From: an uncultured virus (IMG/VR IMGVR_UViG_3300021373_001770)
Taxonomy: Duplodnaviria; Heunggongvirae; Uroviricota; Caudoviricetes
DNA: 20,000 nt
Virus record (IMG/VR): IMGVR_UViG_3300021373_001770
Span: 51,497-71,496 of that record
Direction: 5' to 3' (one strand)
Part shown: positions 16,101-20,000 of the stretch, piece by piece
How the letters are laid out: each line of letters begins with the position of its first letter
Numbering within the stretch: the first letter of the stretch is position 1
Translations under genes and position numbers: made by a program
The notes under the pieces: generated by a model
What the model saw: the letters and a program-made list of their open reading frames with translations, nothing else
Told to the model about the DNA's origin: nothing
Databases searched by the model: none

Positions 16101-19100
16101 ATCAACTTTTTAAGAGAGGTTATGTTGGTGATCCAGAAAATGTAAAAGGTTTTTTACAAACTGGAGATGTAAGATATTTAAATGCAATGACTTTTTTCAA
16201 CGAGCAAGGTCAAATTGATAAAAAGGTTGATAAAGTTAAGTATGATGAAATACAAAGATTACTTGATGTCTATAGGAACAATCAAGAAAAAACTGAAGAA
16301 TCAGAACAATCTCCTAAAGAAGAAAATCAAAAGGAGGATATTACACAGGCAAAAACAGCACAAGATCAAGTTTTAGATAATGCATCTATAGATGTTATAT
16401 TACCTGAAACAAATAATACAAGAATGCTAAATGAGCTTTTAAAAAGACAGTATTCTAAGTATTCTGCTACACAAACAGTTTTAGGAGAAAACGTATTGAC
16501 CTTTGAAGAGTGGAGAAATAGTGAGGGTGCAATATGGCAAAACACATTTAATGCTTTAAAAAAATTATGGGCATCTGGTAAACTACCAGTTTTAGATGCA
16601 CAAGGTAATGCAGCTTACGTAAATGTAACAGAAGATCAATTGCTAAATGAACTAGGTTTTGATGCATGGTTAAAGTCTAGAGAAGTAAGAGAAAATGATT
16701 TAGTAAGTGAAATTTTACAATCAGCTAATGTTTCTTTGGATGAAATAATTGCACCTACACAGAAACAAACAAGTAAAGAAGATATAACTAAAGGAAAAAA
16801 TAATGTTGATATATATAAAGAAGGTGCACGTGTTAACGTTATTAAAGTTACAACTATAGATGAAAATGGAAAACCTATTGCATTTTTTAAACTAGTAGAT
16901 CCAAAGGGTAATGATTTATCAGCAGACTTGCTTAGTTTGATAGATAGCAAATATGAAGGTACATATCCTACATCAAAAGAAGCTGTACAAGCACAAGAAG
17001 CTTTAGAAAAACAAGCACCCGATAATGCACCTTTTAAATTTGATAATGAAGAGTTAAATCAAGGAATGCTTGTTTATAGAAATGGTAAAGAGTATGTTGT
17101 AGTAAGTACACCTAGATCTATTTCAGGTGGTAAGTTGCGTTTAAGAATTAATGATGGAAGTAATAAGGTAACGGTTGTAAATAGAGGAGAGTTTGCCGGA
17201 AGATTTACTAAACAAGAAATTAAATATGATTTTGATCCTACTAATGCAAGAGTAAATATTGAAAAAATAAATCAAATATATCCTCATGCTAATACTGTTG
17301 ATGGTCAAAGAAATTATACTGAGGCTTCTAAAAGATTAGATTTGATATTACAAATCTTAGATGAAACAGATTTAAAAAATTTAAATTTAGTTATAGAAGC
17401 AGATCCGAATGGTGGGGTAGATCAGGGTCAGTTTACTATGGAAGGTAAAAACCCAAATAAATATGTTAAAGTAAAAACATCTGCATATAGAATAGGTTTA
17501 GCAGCAGGAAGCCAAGACACACAGAAAAGAATAAATGATGCATTGCTTAAGAATGGTATAAAACTTTCAGATAACTCAAATGGTATTTTTGCTTATATAC
17601 CAAATGATGTATTTGAAATGATAGATGCAGAAGGAAATCCTGTAAAAAATCTTAGCACAATAACTCCGGATCTTGCTAATAGTACATTGTTTGTTAGCAA
17701 GACACTTAGAGAAAGTTTAACAAAAGAAGAAATATTAAATTTAGCAAGAAGCAACTTTGCTCTTAATAAGTTAATTACTAATGAAGCAACAAATGCACTT
17801 GCTGAATCTAAAGGTGCAATAGCTTTTGTACCTGTAGATAAATTAGATTTTGACTTTTCACTTTTAGTTTCTGGAGGTAATGTTGTTTATGATAACAGTT
17901 CAGTTAGATCTTTATCTTCATTAAAATATCAACATGCTGATGAAAATGGTAACTATTTAATATATGATCTTAAAAAACTAAAAGGTGGTAAGGTAGCAGA
18001 GACTACTATTACTAATTTGGAAGGTAAAGAAGCTAGAGAACTTGAAGCTAAGGTTGAAGCTGGTCTTGAAGCGTCTGGACAAAGTGGAATATTAGAAGCA
18101 GCTAGAGATAGATATATGGCTGCAGTTTTGTTACCTAATGGAGCATATAGATTAGTTCCTTTGAAAGCAGGTACTATGACAGCAGAAATGCGTGCTGAGT
18201 TAGCTGTAAAACTTATTGAGCGTGCAGAGTTAACAAAAATAGAAAATTTAGACAAGAAGGGTAAAGAAAAAAGTTTATCATACAACTATAAATATAATGA
18301 TAATCTAAGTGAAGGATTGTTTATTTCTACTAAGCCGGGTTATAGAATATCATTACAAGTAGATCCATGGGGAAAGATACAAATGCAGCTTTATGATAAA
18401 AATCTAGGTAAGCAAGTAGGTAAAACAATTAGCGTTCAAGTTAAAGATATAGACTTGCTTAAACTTCAAGATGATCCTTCTCAAGCTGTAACGCTAATGC
18501 AAGAGTTAGTTACTAAATTTAATAGTGATGAAGATATTCAAGCAGCCGAAATAAAACTAACAAATAAAAATTTCAGAACAAGTTTTCCTGATGCAGCAAC
18601 TGTTAATGATATAATTAATAAAACAACCACTAATGTAATAGGACAAGTCATAGATACTTTTCAAGCCCAAGTATTTTCTTCTTCGGATGTTATACAAGCA
18701 ATGGTTGATTTAGAAATGACAACAGTAGCTTCTGAAAGTCAAACTGATCCTATACTACAAGAGCAAGAAGAAATACAAGATGTTTTATCTTTAGAATCTT
18801 ATAGTGAAGAAGAGTTTAAAGATTTAGAAAATAATGGTTTTGAAGATATATCAAGAAAACAATTAGAAGTAATAGTAGATAAACTTACACAACCTGTACC
18901 AGCAGCATTAACTGAAAGAGAGAAAGAAGTCTATTCTTATAGGTCTGATATGATTGATTCAATGGAAGCAATCAAAAGAGAAAAAGAAAATCTTAATCAA
19001 GATAGCTCAGACCAGCTTATTAAATCTAGCACGGATGGAAGAAGTGCTGGTGTAAAAGAATTAATATCTATTTATGTTGGAGGGAATTTATTCTTTCCTA

Positions 19101-20000
19101 TAAATGCCACAGGATTTGAAGTTGCAGAATCTTTTAGTGCTAATGGGGTAACGTTAGAGGAAGCTAAAGCTGCAATACCTGGTTTAGATGGAAAATTAAA
19201 AGCTTGGTTTCAAAGAGGTATTGATTACTTAGAACCAAAACAACAACAAACTAGTAAGCTTGAAAGTTTAAAACAAAAACTTGAAGTACTAAAATCTGAA
19301 TTAGTAAAAGATATATCTCCAAAAGATAGACGTAAAGTTCTTAGAGAAAATGAAGAATATCAAAAACTTTTAAAACAAGTTAAAGATATTGAACAGAAAG
19401 GTGCTAACAAGATACTTTCACCAGAGCAGTTATCTCAATCTGATGTAACAGATATTAATGCATTTACTAAATGGGCAGAAGAAAATCTACCAAGTTATAT
19501 CAATATAGCTGACATAAATACTCTTGGTAACAATATGAAAGCTGGTGGTGTACGTGTTGGTGCTTTTGTTTTAGCACTAGATCAATTAGCATCTGGACTA
19601 AACCTACAAGGTACAATATATACATCAGCTACTAGTCCTTATAAATATCATGAGGCTTTTCATGGTGTGTTTAGAATGCTATTAACTGATGTAGAAATTA
19701 ATGAGTATATAAATATTGCTAGAAAAGAGGTACGTGCAAAACTTAGATCTGAGGGTAAAAGTTTTGAAGCTGAACTAAAGAAATTTAGAAATTCTGCTAA
19801 TACATATACCAATATGTCAGAATCAGAATTAATAAGAGAATATTATGAAGAGTATTTAGCTGATGAGTTTGAAAAATTTAAAACAGATCCAACTAATACT
19901 AAAACAGATTCTTCAGTTAAGTCTTTATTTACTAGAATATTGGACTGGATTAAATCTGTATTTAGTGTTAAATCACAGAATGAACTTCAAACATTATTTC
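13130..20000 (+). CDS. Giant virion protein (>2290 aa, 3'-partial): N-terminal membrane-like ejection domain and zincin metallopeptidase domain; possibly part of the virion RNA polymerase-associated gene block
   Basis: Translated by hand from ATG 13130 (MEDQSNKPLANT...) with no stop to the window end (...SQNELQTLF). It is missing from the ORF track, presumably because it lacks a stop. AEGIQEVAQE (EGIQE at 14696-14710) ...AETFLSGFLMGG; HEAFH at 19649-19663 with EEYLADEF at 19847-19870. Confidence 0.85.
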   Translation, partial: MEDQSNKPLANTIANNQRTSSVIPPGEFNFIPIEEMFETPETDLANVIATDPGAIAQVDRYKADIDKYGIPAMASLGTVSPSLATGKYNPVAQQNPSQAAYQEVKNILTAKKDGPGGQRVAPRYASIRQSNFLRYYEHPEFADLGFTPYANMEEFYNANSTIWDDMSRMSGQFASLAGSGFNSVYRSYGDMFGDGSYLSQPDLESAFEFEDAMAIGNSSRGGALGFTNNLLLNSAYTFGIIGSIAVEELILAGAAAAQGFLNPASDALLASRSVANVKRAGDAISGLFDMKKMADATRNAMKTLSEIDTARDFWAATQGTRKVLGQAFTPNTMYALKNFKSTKNATQNAVNLAKMKAGFGGFYRDFRAVNLALAESKLEGGMVYNELIREGVNMAQAKSGVTVTPEEFASIQSKASEGAFYTTMANAPIIYASNWFVLGNALGGFNRSLGRVFGETFEKGLNGRLFKGKGVKDAATGKVKDVFKDAGTGLGGWWTKVRAGGVKGNTGRALAASARYFAANIAEGIQEVAQEAVSAGTKGYYTALLDDPLAGGVALRNQYIASGMSSQFSGQGAETFLSGFLMGGIVQGPQKLFFQGIPALYQRINDPKAYKEYQEIKDKYVKDLVTVHNKAWNAQADDPGSVFDPQKLNFFFQKQAAAEMKKNVFSQDRFGFQDEKDAAKFHQMYTIFKTGTSELFKNQLRDYLKMTDAELAQAFPSSKADVKSGKIRSRLEKFITQIDKTEADYNRKKDDNKNPFDPSQFNKETEKRQYIQEVLKSQAWEHANYLYMFTENGFQRALERANSIYTELANDPLFDGMAASDVTVLLDPDSISNELFLLSKDILVLDDSTEQGKKDKKRLEGKLERLREIQKVLSDKNLLNNDGTFDKRKLGSKLLPVFEKYIKYLANSKNTFADKSKIKEALKKMIDYGALKGRARVYDKAIEYLANPERFNEIVNRQIEVNKNIYRSLSSDFEKQIKKYLNVAEANELMNQLFKRGYVGDPENVKGFLQTGDVRYLNAMTFFNEQGQIDKKVDKVKYDEIQRLLDVYRNNQEKTEESEQSPKEENQKEDITQAKTAQDQVLDNASIDVILPETNNTRMLNELLKRQYSKYSATQTVLGENVLTFEEWRNSEGAIWQNTFNALKKLWASGKLPVLDAQGNAAYVNVTEDQLLNELGFDAWLKSREVRENDLVSEILQSANVSLDEIIAPTQKQTSKEDITKGKNNVDIYKEGARVNVIKVTTIDENGKPIAFFKLVDPKGNDLSADLLSLIDSKYEGTYPTSKEAVQAQEALEKQAPDNAPFKFDNEELNQGMLVYRNGKEYVVVSTPRSISGGKLRLRINDGSNKVTVVNRGEFAGRFTKQEIKYDFDPTNARVNIEKINQIYPHANTVDGQRNYTEASKRLDLILQILDETDLKNLNLVIEADPNGGVDQGQFTMEGKNPNKYVKVKTSAYRIGLAAGSQDTQKRINDALLKNGIKLSDNSNGIFAYIPNDVFEMIDAEGNPVKNLSTITPDLANSTLFVSKTLRESLTKEEILNLARSNFALNKLITNEATNALAESKGAIAFVPVDKLDFDFSLLVSGGNVVYDNSSVRSLSSLKYQHADENGNYLIYDLKKLKGGKVAETTITNLEGKEARELEAKVEAGLEASGQSGILEAARDRYMAAVLLPNGAYRLVPLKAGTMTAEMRAELAVKLIERAELTKIENLDKKGKEKSLSYNYKYNDNLSEGLFISTKPGYRISLQVDPWGKIQMQLYDKNLGKQVGKTISVQVKDIDLLKLQDDPSQAVTLMQELVTKFNSDEDIQAAEIKLTNKNFRTSFPDAATVNDIINKTTTNVIGQVIDTFQAQVFSSSDVIQAMVDLEMTTVASESQTDPILQEQEEIQDVLSLESYSEEEFKDLENNGFEDISRKQLEVIVDKLTQPVPAALTEREKEVYSYRSDMIDSMEAIKREKENLNQDSSDQLIKSSTDGRSAGVKELISIYVGGNLFFPINATGFEVAESFSANGVTLEEAKAAIPGLDGKLKAWFQRGIDYLEPKQQQTSKLESLKQKLEVLKSELVKDISPKDRRKVLRENEEYQKLLKQVKDIEQKGANKILSPEQLSQSDVTDINAFTKWAEENLPSYINIADINTLGNNMKAGGVRVGAFVLALDQLASGLNLQGTIYTSATSPYKYHEAFHGVFRMLLTDVEINEYINIARKEVRAKLRSEGKSFEAELKKFRNSANTYTNMSESELIREYYEEYLADEFEKFKTDPTNTKTDSSVKSLFTRILDWIKSVFSVKSQNELQTLF
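19430..20000 (+). other. Zincin-like metallopeptidase domain (HExxH + downstream Glu) in the giant protein
   Basis: GTIY strand, then YKYHEAFHGVFRMLL, YYEEYLADEF and the amphipathic helix SLFTRILDWIKSVF: typical layout of zincin domains in phage polyvalent/giant virion proteins. Confidence 0.8.

Larger units (their letters stand above)
1..20000 (+). mobile_element. Bacteriophage genome segment: tail-end and virion cargo/ejection-protein module of a crAss-like (Bacteroidota-infecting) podophage
   Basis: Six very large co-directional ORFs with gaps of at most 60 bp and no housekeeping genes. Gene order (muzzle-like protein, cargo proteins, giant zincin-containing protein) resembles crAss-like phages. 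AT-rich, SD-less A-rich start contexts fit a Bacteroidota host. Confidence 0.8.

Noticed and set aside
13130..16300. ORF6 as a siphovirus tape measure protein
   Set aside because: No periodic Trp/Phe tape-measure repeats were seen, and the neighbouring muzzle-like gene and zincin domain fit a podophage ejection protein better.
17834..17863. VDKLDFDFS in ORF6 as the virion RNAP DFDID motif
   Set aside because: The third Asp is missing and the context differs; no RNAP active site is visible inside this window.
2904..18285. Nine short minus-strand ORFs in the ORF track (60-110 aa)
   Set aside because: All lie fully antisense to long + strand genes and have the F/L/S/I-rich composition expected of shadow frames; no motifs were recognised.
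1..20000. Stop-codon reassignment (TAG/TGA recoding known in some crAss-like phages)
   Set aside because: The standard code gives near-complete coding density with uninterrupted long ORFs. All visible stops are TAA, so recoding is neither needed nor testable here.

Overview
AT-rich, gene-dense segment of a large tailed phage genome, most likely a crAss-like (Crassvirales-related) podophage of Bacteroidota. Six large + strand CDSs fill almost the whole window. ORF1 is the 5'-truncated C-terminal part of a tail stabilisation/'muzzle'-like protein with a vWA + Cys-rich insertion. ORF2-ORF4 are modular probable virion cargo proteins punctuated by a recurring [A/K/Y/M]-[Q/K/E]-x-G-(G)-E motif; they include a TonB-box-like peptide, a degenerate zincin-like domain, several short basic modules and an NlpC/P60-like Cys-His domain. 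ORF5 is a 1092-aa probable cargo/ejection protein. ORF6 (13130 to beyond 20000, >2290 aa) is absent from the supplied ORF track and has N-terminal Gly/Ala-rich hydrophobic helices and an HEAFH zincin motif. No RNA genes, CRISPR array or transposon were seen. Family assignments come from motif recognition by eye, not from database searches.
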